A DNA stretch of 64,000 nt, from NCBI GenBank assembly GCA_965261545.1, contig CBDHDF010000010.1, forward strand, positions 1,024,001 through 1,088,000, in the 5' to 3' direction. Both the position numbers and the translations under genes were made by a program. Positions 21,665-31,453 of the stretch are shown in pieces; within the stretch, counting starts at the first letter, position 1; each line of letters starts with the position of its first letter. A model generated the notes under the pieces. The model was given only the letters and a program-made list of their open reading frames with translations. It searched no databases and was not told the origin of the DNA. The DNA comes from Bdellovibrionales bacterium. Its GTDB lineage: Bacteria > Bdellovibrionota > Bdellovibrionia > Bdellovibrionales > UBA1609.

Positions 21665-21964
21665 ATGGGAGTTGATAGCTCAATGGCAATCCTATTGCCA
21701 GAAATAGGCAAAGGGCAAAGCAAAAATAACAAACAATCCGTTTTATCAAAGACAAAGAATTCCAAAACTGCGGAGTCTCCGAGTGCCAGTTGGTCCACCC
21801 AGGCAAAAAGAATGCAGCAAATCAAAGCCATGGCCAAGGATCAAAGCATTGACGAAGTGCGCATTAAGCATCTTCAGAAACTCATTGACCAAGGGCGATA
21901 TGAAGTTGATGCCGCTGCCGTTGCAGAGCACCTCCTCGATTCATATTTATCACTCCCCGAGTAG
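21665..21964 (+). CDS. flgM: Anti-sigma-28 factor FlgM
   Basis: GAGGAGG RBS; C-terminal IDEVRIKHLQKLIDQGRYEVDAAAVAEHLL. Confidence 0.85.
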   Translation: MGVDSSMAILLPEIGKGQSKNNKQSVLSKTKNSKTAESPSASWSTQAKRMQQIKAMAKDQSIDEVRIKHLQKLIDQGRYEVDAAAVAEHLLDSYLSLPE

Positions 21965-23308
21965 GGGTGCACCCTCCTCTTCCTTTTAATTGAAGCTCAA
22001 TGCTTAAAGTTATACTCTCCGTAGTGATTGATTTTTTGTGAAACTAAATCCCGAGTTTGACAGCAGCATCTGCGTTAAAATGCGAAATTTCCAGAAATTG
22101 GGGTTGTACTGAAATATAATGGTAGCTGCTGGAAAAATTAAAATTGACGCAAAAAAAGTGTAGAAAACAAAATAGGATTTTATCGTTTTAAATATTGATA
22201 TATCATAGAAATATGTAGAAAATATCCTCATGTACATCCAAACGACTAAAAACTCAAAAGGTCAGTGCTACTACCACCTTGTGGAGTCCTACAGAGAAAA
22301 AGGCAAATCCAAAAAACGCATGCTCATGTCCTTAGGTAAGGCTGGAGAAGGAGGAGAGGATAAGATTAATAGTTTGGCGCAGGCCGTATCCCGCCACCGA
22401 GAGCTTCTCACTGTGAGTCAATTGGCTAAGGAGCTTTACATCGAAGAGACTTTCATTTTGGGTCCCTTGCTGATTTTACAAAAGTTGTTTGATCAACTGG
22501 GTATCAATAAGACCCTCAAAGACATAAAAGATTCTCATGAGAAAGTTCAATTTGATTTATGTAAGGTGATTTTTACCTTAGTTGCCAGCCGATTTATTGC
22601 TCCTAGTTCCAAGTTAAAGGTTTTTGAGTATTGGCAAAAATCTTTTTACCCAGACATGATTAAGGGTGATTTGAGTCTCCAGCATATTTATCGGTCTATG
22701 GACTTACTTGCCTCCCATAAGGATGAAATAGAGAACTCGCTTTATTGGGTGGGGCGAGATTTATTTAATTTCCAAGTAGACATTGTGTTGTATGATTTAA
22801 CAACCTTACGCTTCGAGAGTACAAGAACAGACTTAGGGAAACTTCGTCAATTTGGCTATAGTAAAGAGAGACGATCAGACTGCACCCAAGTTGTCTTTGG
22901 TTTGTTGGTGAATCGGGATGGCATCCCTTTAGGTTTTGAGGTTTTCCCTGGTAATACTTTTGAAGGCAAGACGCTTTCAGATATTGTTGATAAAATGAGA
23001 AAAAAGTTTAATGTACGCCGTCATAGGTGTTCGTGGTTTTTTTCTAATTTTAATTCCGAATTAATGGAAATACTTTTCAAGCCTCCTTTTTTACATAGAG
23101 GGAAGTGGGCGATTTATAAATATTTGTAACTGTTCAGGGGGTAGCAGAGTTCAAGAGGTAAATTGCTCCTTCTTACCAGAGAAAATATAAATCTCTCTCT
23201 GTAAACTCATGCCCCCCTGAATAGATACAAATATTTATAGATGGTATTTTGAGAAATGGACGCAGATTGACATTTGATATCCACGACAAGCCATGTGTTT
23301 TAAGAGAC

Positions 23309-23773
23309 TTAATTGTGTAACGAAAGAACTGTGGACTTTTGGGAACAACAGAATTTAAATTTCTTTCCACTTCCGCATGGACAGGATTGATTTCTTCCAA
23401 TTTTTTCGCTTTGGTCATTTTTCTGCTGTGATGCAGACATATCTTCAGTTACAATTTTTTTTTGCTTTTCATCTTCCAAATCCTCATCCAAATTATCAAA
23501 AAGAATATCTCCTAGATTCTGGTGAAAGTAACGATTTTTAAATTGAGATATGAGCATCATAAAAATACATGTAAGAACCAAAAGTGTGAGTGAAGCAAAA
23601 AACAAAGAAGATGCTTGCATCTGAGTTAATGGGAGGATGAGTGCCAGTAAATAACCAAATCCAAATACCAATAAGGAAATAAGAAGAGATATAAAGGATC
23701 CCAAAGAAAGTAATATTAAAAGTCCAAAAATCATTGCTATTTTTTGCTCCTGTCGAATACAATGAATCCGCAT
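23309..23773 (-). CDS. Membrane protein with C-terminal SEC-C motif (IS4 passenger)
   Basis: Two hydrophobic segments followed by KIGRNQSCPCGSGKKFKFCC. Confidence 0.85.
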   Translation of the reverse strand: MRIHCIRQEQKIAMIFGLLILLSLGSFISLLISLLVFGFGYLLALILPLTQMQASSLFFASLTLLVLTCIFMMLISQFKNRYFHQNLGDILFDNLDEDLEDEKQKKIVTEDMSASQQKNDQSEKIGRNQSCPCGSGKKFKFCCSQKSTVLSLHN

Positions 23774-23878
23774 AGATACAAGTGAGTTATCTACAGACTT
23801 AATGATTCTCGCGTTAGTATCTTAATAGGTCAAGATTAATTGGAGGAAATTTTTATTTTTTAAACGCAGGGGGCAAAT

Positions 23879-25123
23879 ATGAGCACGGAAGCTCAAACAC
23901 TTAAAACGATCAAAAAATGTTTCAAGAAAGTTATTCCTGAAAAGGACTCTCGGGCAACCATTCCACCTCTTGAGTTTATTGTGGCTCTTGTCTTGTCATT
24001 CCAGGGAGACTCTAAGACATATTCAATAGAGGGAATTAGGAGGTTTATGATAAGTCATTTAGGATTAAGAATTGAAAGACACAGCTTCTGGGAAAGACTC
24101 TCTAGAAAAAGATTAAAAGAGCTTCTGAGTAAACTGGTTGAAATGCTCATGATAAAGCTATCTCATGGAGCTTTTCATGGGAGCAAAGCCATATTATTAC
24201 AACTGGGAGTCTCAGACGTTCTTCTTGTTGACTCAAGCACAATAAGCCTTTGGGATGGAGCATCTGAGAATTTTCCAGGGACAAGAACAAACGCAGGAAT
24301 TAAATGGCACGCTTGTTTCAGTTTATTCAGTGGTATAATGACTTGGTTCGAATTAACTCCGTCTTCCACTAACGATAGGAAGTGCTTTCCTGATATAAAG
24401 GAACTCGTTGGAAAATTAGTCATCTTTGATTTGGGATATTGGGACTATGGCTTATTGTCATCTATTCATGAAGCTAAAGGATTTTTCTTGTCTAGAGTGA
24501 AGTCAAATGCCTCTATTCTTATTGATGCTGTTGTTGAAGGTTTGCCAGATTACTATGTTGGAAAAGAGTTCTCTGATATTAAACTCAAGAAAAAAAACGA
24601 TGTTGTTGAATTTATAGGCAGTGTCTTGTCCAATGGTAAATGGGTAAGTTTGAGAATTGTAGGCTTCTGGAATTCCTCCGAAAAACGCTATCATTGGTAT
24701 TGCACGAATTTAGATGTGGCAGCGGAGTCCATATATCCAATTTATCGTTTACGTTGGCAATGTGAACTTATTTTCAAATCTTGTAAGAATTCTTTGAATG
24801 CAAATCAGATCACCTCAAACGATCAAAATATCATAGAGAGTCTTCTTCTTGCTTCATTAGCGGCTCACCTCACATCAAGTGTTGTTTTGAGGATAGGAAG
24901 AACTAAACTCAATAAGGAACAAAATGACTCCACATCGTTTCAAAGAGTTGCTAAGGTTACCGTCTTATTAGCCTCTGATTTTATCAAATATCTCCTAAGC
25001 TCATCTCAAAAGTATTTAAATATTTTGATAGAGAAGATCAAGATATTCTCCCATGAAATTTATGACACAAACTACCGACGGCGAAAAACATCAATGAATA
25101 TGGCTAAAAAGGTCTTGCTATGA
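23879..25123 (+). CDS. IS4-family transposase
   Basis: VDSSTI, FDLGY, YRLRWQCELIFK (YREK motif). Confidence 0.92.
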   Translation: MSTEAQTLKTIKKCFKKVIPEKDSRATIPPLEFIVALVLSFQGDSKTYSIEGIRRFMISHLGLRIERHSFWERLSRKRLKELLSKLVEMLMIKLSHGAFHGSKAILLQLGVSDVLLVDSSTISLWDGASENFPGTRTNAGIKWHACFSLFSGIMTWFELTPSSTNDRKCFPDIKELVGKLVIFDLGYWDYGLLSSIHEAKGFFLSRVKSNASILIDAVVEGLPDYYVGKEFSDIKLKKKNDVVEFIGSVLSNGKWVSLRIVGFWNSSEKRYHWYCTNLDVAAESIYPIYRLRWQCELIFKSCKNSLNANQITSNDQNIIESLLLASLAAHLTSSVVLRIGRTKLNKEQNDSTSFQRVAKVTVLLASDFIKYLLSSSQKYLNILIEKIKIFSHEIYDTNYRRRKTSMNMAKKVLL

Positions 25124-25767
25124 AAGAATAAAAAACCACGAACACCTATGTGTACGCCGTTTCATTTTTGTGGCTGATAGGGGGCTTTTATCAAAGGCTA
25201 ATACTGACAAACTCAGTGAGGATCAAAGCGAGTTTATTGTTGGTATGAAGCTTGGATCTTTAAAAAAAGAAAAGAAACAAGAGGTCTATGATTTAAATCG
25301 TTTTAGCTGGGTATATGAGAATGAGCTTGCTGTTTACGAAACAGACCATGGGGGGCATAGATGTATTGTGACTTGGTCTAGGAAAAGAGCAGAGAGAGAT
25401 AAAAAATCTAGAGAATCCCTTCTTGAAAAGATCGAAGGAAAACTATCTTCTAAAGGTGTTCAGTCTAGTACTTTTGTTTCCAATAAAGGTTATAAGAAAT
25501 ATGTAAAGATGGCTGACGACAAAAATAAAAAACCTGAATTAAATGCAGAACAAATAGAATTAGATGAAAAAATTGATGGTTTTTTTGCCGTCCTTACAAA
25601 TGTCAAAGACTTGACGGCAGATGAGATTATTATCAACTACAAAGAATTGTGGAAAATTGAAGATGCTTTTGGTGAGTTAAAAGGGACTTTGAAAACACGT
25701 CCTGTTTTCCATTGGACAGACCAGAGGATTATTGGACATTTAACTCTATGCTTTTTAACTTATCTTT

Positions 25768-27656
25768 GAGCCTGTAAACTATTTTGTGTAACTGCCGAAT
25801 CATATTAGGATGAACTATCATCCTGAAAGGAGAAGGCAAAATGGATATCAAGACAATAGGCAAGGAACTAGCGAAGAACGTCAAGACCCAAAAGGATTTA
25901 TCCGACATAACGGGTCAACTGATGAAGGTTGTTTTAGAGACAGCTCTTAATGCGGAAATGGACGATCACCTAGGTTATGAGAGGCATGAGAAGTCTGAGA
26001 CCCGCAAATCCAACACTCGCAATGGTTACAGTAGAAAGACCATAAAGGGAGAGAAAGGCGAGGTGGAGCTTCAGGTCCCCCGTGACCGAAGTGCCTCCTT
26101 TGAGCCCCAAGTCATTCCCAAAGGCAAGACTCGTCTTGAGGGCTTTGAAGACAGTATTCTGACCCTCTATGCGAGGGGAATGACGACCAGGGATATTCAA
26201 GGAGCTATCAAAGACCTCTACCATGGTGCAGAGATATCCCACTCAGTGATAGCCAACGTGACGGATGCTGTTATTGATGAAGTTACGGCTTGGCAGAACC
26301 GCCCCTTGGATAGCACTTACCCTATCGTATTTTTGGACTGTATCGTGGTGAAGGTCCATCAAGACAAGAGAGTTATTAATAAGGCGATTTACCTAGCTCT
26401 TGGTATTACAGAGGAGGGTCAGAAAGACTTGTTGGGCCTATGGATTTCTGAAAATGAGGGTTCAAAGTTTTGGTTGAGTGTTTTGACTGAGCTGCAAAAT
26501 CGAGGGTTGAAAGACGTATTTATATTTTCTGTAGATGGTCTTACAGGTTTTCCTCAAGCCATTTCAGCGGCTTTTCCCAAGTCTAAAGTACAACTGTGCA
26601 TTGTCCATATGGTCCGCAATTCCCTTCGCTATGTTCCTTCCAAGGATATGAAAGCTGTCGCCCAAGACCTCAAGTCCATTTATGGCTCTACGACTCTGAC
26701 AGAAGCTGAAAAGGCCCTTGAGGAATTTTGTACCAAGTGGTCTTCAAAGTATCCGAATATTGAAAAGTCTTGGCGTAGGAATTGGGACAATCTCATCACT
26801 ATTTTCGATTATCCGGATGAAATCAGAAAGATTTTTTATACCACAAACGCCATAGAGTCGTTAAATAGCGTGATCCGCAAGGCGATCAGAAATCGTAAGA
26901 TATTTCCCAGTGATCGGTCGGCTTTAAAAGTTGTATATTTAGCGATAAAAATGGCCTCTAAGCGATGGACACGACCATTACACAACTGGAAGCCAGCCAT
27001 GAACAGGTTTGCCATTGAATACGGTGACCGTTTTGACAACTAAGTTTTTTAATAAGGTCCACCACCTGCCTTATAAGGGGGCTTAAAAGCCCCTCTAAGG
27101 CGTTGACAGAAGTACTGGAATACCGAGACTATGGTTAGGGTAATATAGTATGGGAACCTAAATACATGCCCTCTTGGTGCAGATTTGGGTTCCCATTTTT
27201 TTTCATATTTCATCCCAATTCTGGTATTTCTCGAATATCCTAAGTTAAAAAAAATAAAAAAAAGGGGGTAATATAGTATGGGAACCTAAACACATGAACC
27301 CTTTGATGAGATTGGAATTTCCATTTTTTTGAGAGAGCCATTGCTGATTTTTTTTCAACCAAGATGATAATTATTTATTTGAGTTCTTTCCAGTTCTGAT
27401 ATGATCCCATTACGGCTCCATAATACAATCAAAAGTCCAGAGTAACTAAAGAGGCCAATTATATAGACCAGCGAAGATGTCCACCTCCCCATTAACTTAT
27501 AATGCATTGTGACTGACAAAATCGCTTGAAGGAAAAAATGTCAATTATACATTGACGAATAATATGGGACTGTGCTTTTTACCAGGAGTGGAGCCACATA
27601 AGTGGCTTTAAGATTTAAGAAAAAAATTGCAGTTACACAATTATTTTTACAGTCCC
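25768..27656 (+). mobile_element. IS256-family copy 1 (1889 bp)
   Basis: Imperfect 28-bp IR (GAGCCTGTAAACTATTTTGTGTAACTGC / GGGACTGTAAAAATAATTGTGTAACTGC); 8-bp DR TTATCTTT. Confidence 0.95.
25841..27043 (+). CDS. IS256-family transposase
   Basis: RNGY, VPRDR, FLDC, VDGLTG, QLCIVH, YTTNAIESLN. Confidence 0.96.
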   Translation: MDIKTIGKELAKNVKTQKDLSDITGQLMKVVLETALNAEMDDHLGYERHEKSETRKSNTRNGYSRKTIKGEKGEVELQVPRDRSASFEPQVIPKGKTRLEGFEDSILTLYARGMTTRDIQGAIKDLYHGAEISHSVIANVTDAVIDEVTAWQNRPLDSTYPIVFLDCIVVKVHQDKRVINKAIYLALGITEEGQKDLLGLWISENEGSKFWLSVLTELQNRGLKDVFIFSVDGLTGFPQAISAAFPKSKVQLCIVHMVRNSLRYVPSKDMKAVAQDLKSIYGSTTLTEAEKALEEFCTKWSSKYPNIEKSWRRNWDNLITIFDYPDEIRKIFYTTNAIESLNSVIRKAIRNRKIFPSDRSALKVVYLAIKMASKRWTRPLHNWKPAMNRFAIEYGDRFDN

Positions 27657-28024
27657 TTATCTTTGTGAGGCCCACCTTACAAAATGTTTAAGAGATAAGA
27701 AGATGAACCTAAAAAGCCCAGCCATAGGCATTGGTCATGTTAAAGAGCGACCTTTAACTGTTGTAGAGGCCATGAGGGAACTCAAGGAAGTTAGGGCTAT
27801 CCCTGTTAAAATTCGTGATCAAGTCATTTGGACCCGCACAGATATCACTGGCAATGCCAACTCCTTATTTAAAGCCGCAGGCGTCCCCATCCCTCCCAGA
27901 ATCCTTAATGCCCACAAGTGTGGATAAACAAAATACAACTATATGCGTTAATCCTTTAATATCATTCGTTTGACGCAGATGCTGCTGTCAAACTCGGGAT
28001 TCACTATGCTCTTATCACCAAGGG

Positions 28025-28915
28025 CTAGTTTTTGTGTGTTGGGAATTGTTTGCGAATACGGCCCGATTCAATACCAACGAGGACCGCATAGGCGGATAAG
28101 GGGTCTTTTATAAGTACATCAAATTCCCAAATAAGCTCATGAGGAGGTTCATTCGCCCATACCTTGGGCTTGGCGTCTTTGACATTTATGCTCGCCTCTT
28201 CGCCATATTCTTGTTTGACAATATCCATGGCCTCATTTTGGGTCATTGTAATTTCTAGGGATATATTTTTATCCACATCTTTGATGAAGTTTTCAATGAT
28301 ATAGACGTCTCCTTGCTTCTTGTTGGAGGTGGCCTGCATCCAGCCGTCATAGACAGAAAAGTTTTCAAAGGACTGATTGACATAATGGGTCTTAGAAAGA
28401 TTGGTTTCTTTTTTGGTTTCCTCTGGGGAGTTATAGCTAAAAGACGGCCCTGTAATACCTGCAAACTCAGCGAGTTCTCTGGCTAAGTTTTCAATATTCT
28501 TGGGATTATTACCAATACTTTTAATAACTCCTCCTTCAATGCGAAAGATTTGTTCATTGTGAGTTTGAAATTGCCACTGGGAGGAATATTTTTGTAAGAA
28601 GGCTTTTTTAAAAGAACTCATAGTTTCAGTCCTGTGGGCATGTTTTTTGTCACTTTTGGGATGCTTTTCTGTGGGTTTAGGGAGAGGAGGATCCTCTTGG
28701 GAAAGAGTCATAGAGATTTGGGTTGGCTTTTTTGAAGATGGGTGGCGGGATTCAAGGTCAAGGGAGGAGTTTGGTGTGCCAGGGTCTGTTAAAGATTCGT
28801 TGAAAGAATTTGTTGTTGGCTGAGTAGGTTGGTGAGGAGTGAGAAAGAAGAAGCAGAGTAAGCTTAAACAAATGGCAAGGGCTGTCAGTAAAATCCACTT
28901 CATATAAGTATCCAT
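28025..28915 (-). CDS. Exported protein with FTP/PepSY-like propeptide domains and no catalytic domain
   Basis: N-terminal TM/signal; THYVNQSFENFSVYDG (FTP-like); MTQNEAMDIV...LIWEFDV...VLVGIESGRI (PepSY-like). Confidence 0.6.
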   Translation of the reverse strand: MDTYMKWILLTALAICLSLLCFFFLTPHQPTQPTTNSFNESLTDPGTPNSSLDLESRHPSSKKPTQISMTLSQEDPPLPKPTEKHPKSDKKHAHRTETMSSFKKAFLQKYSSQWQFQTHNEQIFRIEGGVIKSIGNNPKNIENLARELAEFAGITGPSFSYNSPEETKKETNLSKTHYVNQSFENFSVYDGWMQATSNKKQGDVYIIENFIKDVDKNISLEITMTQNEAMDIVKQEYGEEASINVKDAKPKVWANEPPHELIWEFDVLIKDPLSAYAVLVGIESGRIRKQFPTHKN

Positions 28916-29221
28916 TTCATATTCATATAAATTTCCTTTGCTTGAAAAAGGCTCTTATTTGGAAAAACTTTCATTTGAGAAAAAACCTCGCCTCAGATTA
29001 TTATACATGGTGTTTAAGAATTACACATTGTATGCCGCAGAATGTAACTTTTTCTATCTTAGGATTTTCTTGTTTCGATGAATCAAATTGAGAAATGAGT
29101 CATATTAAGGCATTAGGTGACTTTGATCATTATGAATATATTGGCATGGCATTTGCTCTATATGGAGTATGATGACACGCTGTTCATATAAGAAATAAGA
29201 AAATAAATAAGGAGGCCTATC

Positions 29222-30340
29222 ATGAGAAAGATAGTCGCAAGGATAGATATAGGAATAGAAAAAAACAAACTTTTGGCCCTCATAGCCTTAGTGCTTAGCT
29301 TAAGTGGCTTTTATGCGTTGGGTCAGGAATCTGAGAGTCCAGATGACAACCTTTTGTTAAATACCAGTGAAGGTGTCAGTGAAGGTGAAGACCAGCCTAG
29401 GGATGTTTTTGATAAATTGGGGAGTAAAATGCGAGATAAGGCTGAAGAGCAGCGGCAGCGAGCGGAGCAGAGGATGCTCAATGATTTCGAGAATTTTCTC
29501 AATCAACGCATAGCTCCGAACCCCCAAGTGTTGCAGCCCGCACAGCCTCCCTCACAGATCGCTCCTCAGATTGTGATGCCACCCCAGCAACCAGTTCAAC
29601 CTTCAGTGATTATTATTCCACAACAAGTGCAGCAGCAGGTGTCACCAGAACCCCAAAAAACAAAAGGTGAGGTGGAGCAAGATAGTATGGAGAGTGAATT
29701 CTCTCGAAGTGAAGATATTGCACGCGAAGAGATTCTTCAACAATCCATGGGAGATTCCTTTTTCAGCTCTCAATCTCAATATTACATGCGAGGAACTGTG
29801 GGAATGGCTAACTATAGCAATGCCACCAATGTGCAGAGCAAGATGGGAGCTGGTTTTTCCATAGGAAGTGATATCAGTAACTTTTTGGCCTTTGAAATGA
29901 TGTTTCTTTACTCTCGTCATCTCATTGACGAGAGTTATTGGAAGAATAAATTGGATATATATCAAGAAATGGATCAGTATAACTTTGGGGCTCTTGGTAA
30001 GTACACCTTCTTTTCAGGATTTATTCAACCCTATGTGAGTGGGATTGCAAATATCACTCGACGAAGTTACTCTGAGATTGGTGCAAAAGTTCGTGATGGT
30101 TCTGTAGATATTAAGGATTTGAATAAGAAGGCAAGCTCTATGGCCATGGATATTGGTGCTTCTCTTGGTTTTGAATTCTTATTAACTTCGAATTTTGCAC
30201 TTGGTTTTGACTGGCGATATATGAGAAACCTTTACCAAGAAACTGAATTTGACTTTGGCCAATACGGTAGCAACAATGGGACTCCCATTGAAAAGATGTC
30301 TTATCATATCTTTGGAATTTCGGGTAAAGCTAGGTTTTAG
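29222..30340 (+). CDS. Outer-membrane beta-barrel protein with Q/P-rich N-terminus
   Basis: AGGAGG RBS, signal peptide, alternating beta strands, terminal Phe. Confidence 0.75.
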   Translation: MRKIVARIDIGIEKNKLLALIALVLSLSGFYALGQESESPDDNLLLNTSEGVSEGEDQPRDVFDKLGSKMRDKAEEQRQRAEQRMLNDFENFLNQRIAPNPQVLQPAQPPSQIAPQIVMPPQQPVQPSVIIIPQQVQQQVSPEPQKTKGEVEQDSMESEFSRSEDIAREEILQQSMGDSFFSSQSQYYMRGTVGMANYSNATNVQSKMGAGFSIGSDISNFLAFEMMFLYSRHLIDESYWKNKLDIYQEMDQYNFGALGKYTFFSGFIQPYVSGIANITRRSYSEIGAKVRDGSVDIKDLNKKASSMAMDIGASLGFEFLLTSNFALGFDWRYMRNLYQETEFDFGQYGSNNGTPIEKMSYHIFGISGKARF

Positions 30341-30468
30341 ATTGCATACGAGACGAAGAGCCTCAAGTTTTCCATAACTCAAGCTGCAAGCTGCATTTCG
30401 TAGGCTGTCGTGAACTCCCACTCCCTTAGCAGCTTGTATTTTTACCTTCCTATGGTATCTTCTATAAT

Positions 30469-31134
30469 GTGCCTTGGACATATTTAAGAACCGTTTTCCC
30501 TATCTATATCATTATCTATGTGATACTTCAGTTAGATTCACTTGCATTGGCTTCAAAATCACAACTTATTTCACGCACGGTGGGTCAGGTTCTCAACCAA
30601 GTCATGACAAGCCGTGATGTACTTGCTTCTTACTATGTAGATGAATTTCTTTTTAAGAAAGACAATGTTTCTATCAAAGAGCTTAGCCTTAAAGATCCCC
30701 TTTTCGACAAACAACTTTCAGCTCTTCTTTTTGAATGGACCATTTATCTAGAATCCCAAGGCTTCGACCTCTCTGTGGTTCCAAGAGTTAAGGTCTTGGA
30801 CGCCCTAAAGATGGTACAATTAAAGGGGCAAAAGCAGGCTTCTTGGAGGAAACTTCAGATGAGTCGCGGAGAAATTGAAGAGCTTCTTATAAGAAAGCTT
30901 CAAGCAAAGAAATTCATTCATTTTCGATCCGAGTCTTTAAAACTACCTGTGGCAGAGAATGAAGCGAGAGATTATTTTGATAGCCATGTTGATAAATTTA
31001 GAAATATGGCCTATGAAGACATTAAAGAAAAAATTAAAGCATTCCTTCAAGAAAACAGTTCTCGTCGCACGGAAAAATTAAAAGAATGGTTTGAAATCCT
31101 CCGAATTAAATACAAAGTAAAGAAACATATGTAA
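30469..31134 (+). CDS. Exported hypothetical protein, SurA/PrsA N-domain-like
   Basis: ISRTVGQVLNQVMTSRDV, EARDYF, WFEILRIKYKVK pattern. Confidence 0.55.
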   Translation: MPWTYLRTVFPIYIIIYVILQLDSLALASKSQLISRTVGQVLNQVMTSRDVLASYYVDEFLFKKDNVSIKELSLKDPLFDKQLSALLFEWTIYLESQGFDLSVVPRVKVLDALKMVQLKGQKQASWRKLQMSRGEIEELLIRKLQAKKFIHFRSESLKLPVAENEARDYFDSHVDKFRNMAYEDIKEKIKAFLQENSSRRTEKLKEWFEILRIKYKVKKHM

Positions 31135-31181
31135 ATAACCTGAATTCATGGTCAGAAGTATACATCAGGATGACTCTTTTT

Positions 31182-31424
31182 TTATTCATCGGGATAGTCT
31201 TCTCCAATAAAGTCAATAATTTCCTTCCATTTCTTAATAAGGAAGCCTGGATTGTCAGAACTTCTTTTGACAATGGCACTTGTAATAGTTGTGGCTATAA
31301 TGACTCCAACAACAAGGAGCAACACATACTCCACAACCACTTGGCCAAAAGAATTTTTCGACGAATTTTGGCTTTTTGTCTTTTCTTCTATAAGAACTTC
31401 CATTTGTGCTTGCCCTTCTACCAA
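31182..31424 (-). CDS. Flp/TadE-like pilin with class III signal peptide
   Basis: GQVVVEYVLLLVVGVIIA prepilin motif. Confidence 0.7.
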   Translation of the reverse strand: MVEGQAQMEVLIEEKTKSQNSSKNSFGQVVVEYVLLLVVGVIIATTITSAIVKRSSDNPGFLIKKWKEIIDFIGEDYPDE

Positions 31425-31453
31425 TCAATAGGAACGATCAATAGAACCGTAGG

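Larger units (their letters stand above)
23022..25150 (+). mobile_element. IS4-family element with passenger gene (2129 bp)
   Basis: 21-bp perfect IR CATAGGTGTTCGTGGTTTTTT; 10-bp DR TGTACGCCGT at 23012-23021 and 25151-25160. Confidence 0.93.
22050..27998 (+). mobile_element. IS1634-family copy 1 (1913 bp net), interrupted by IS4 and IS256
   Basis: 26-bp terminal IR CCCGAGTTTGACAGCAGCATCTGCGT. The transposase is split into three pieces that match the intact copies. 5949 = 1913 + 2129 + 10 + 1889 + 8. Confidence 0.96.

Noticed and set aside
27138..27330. IS256 tandem units as a mini-CRISPR
   Set aside because: Only two units with a 128-bp period and no cas genes; kept as a structured-cargo finding instead.
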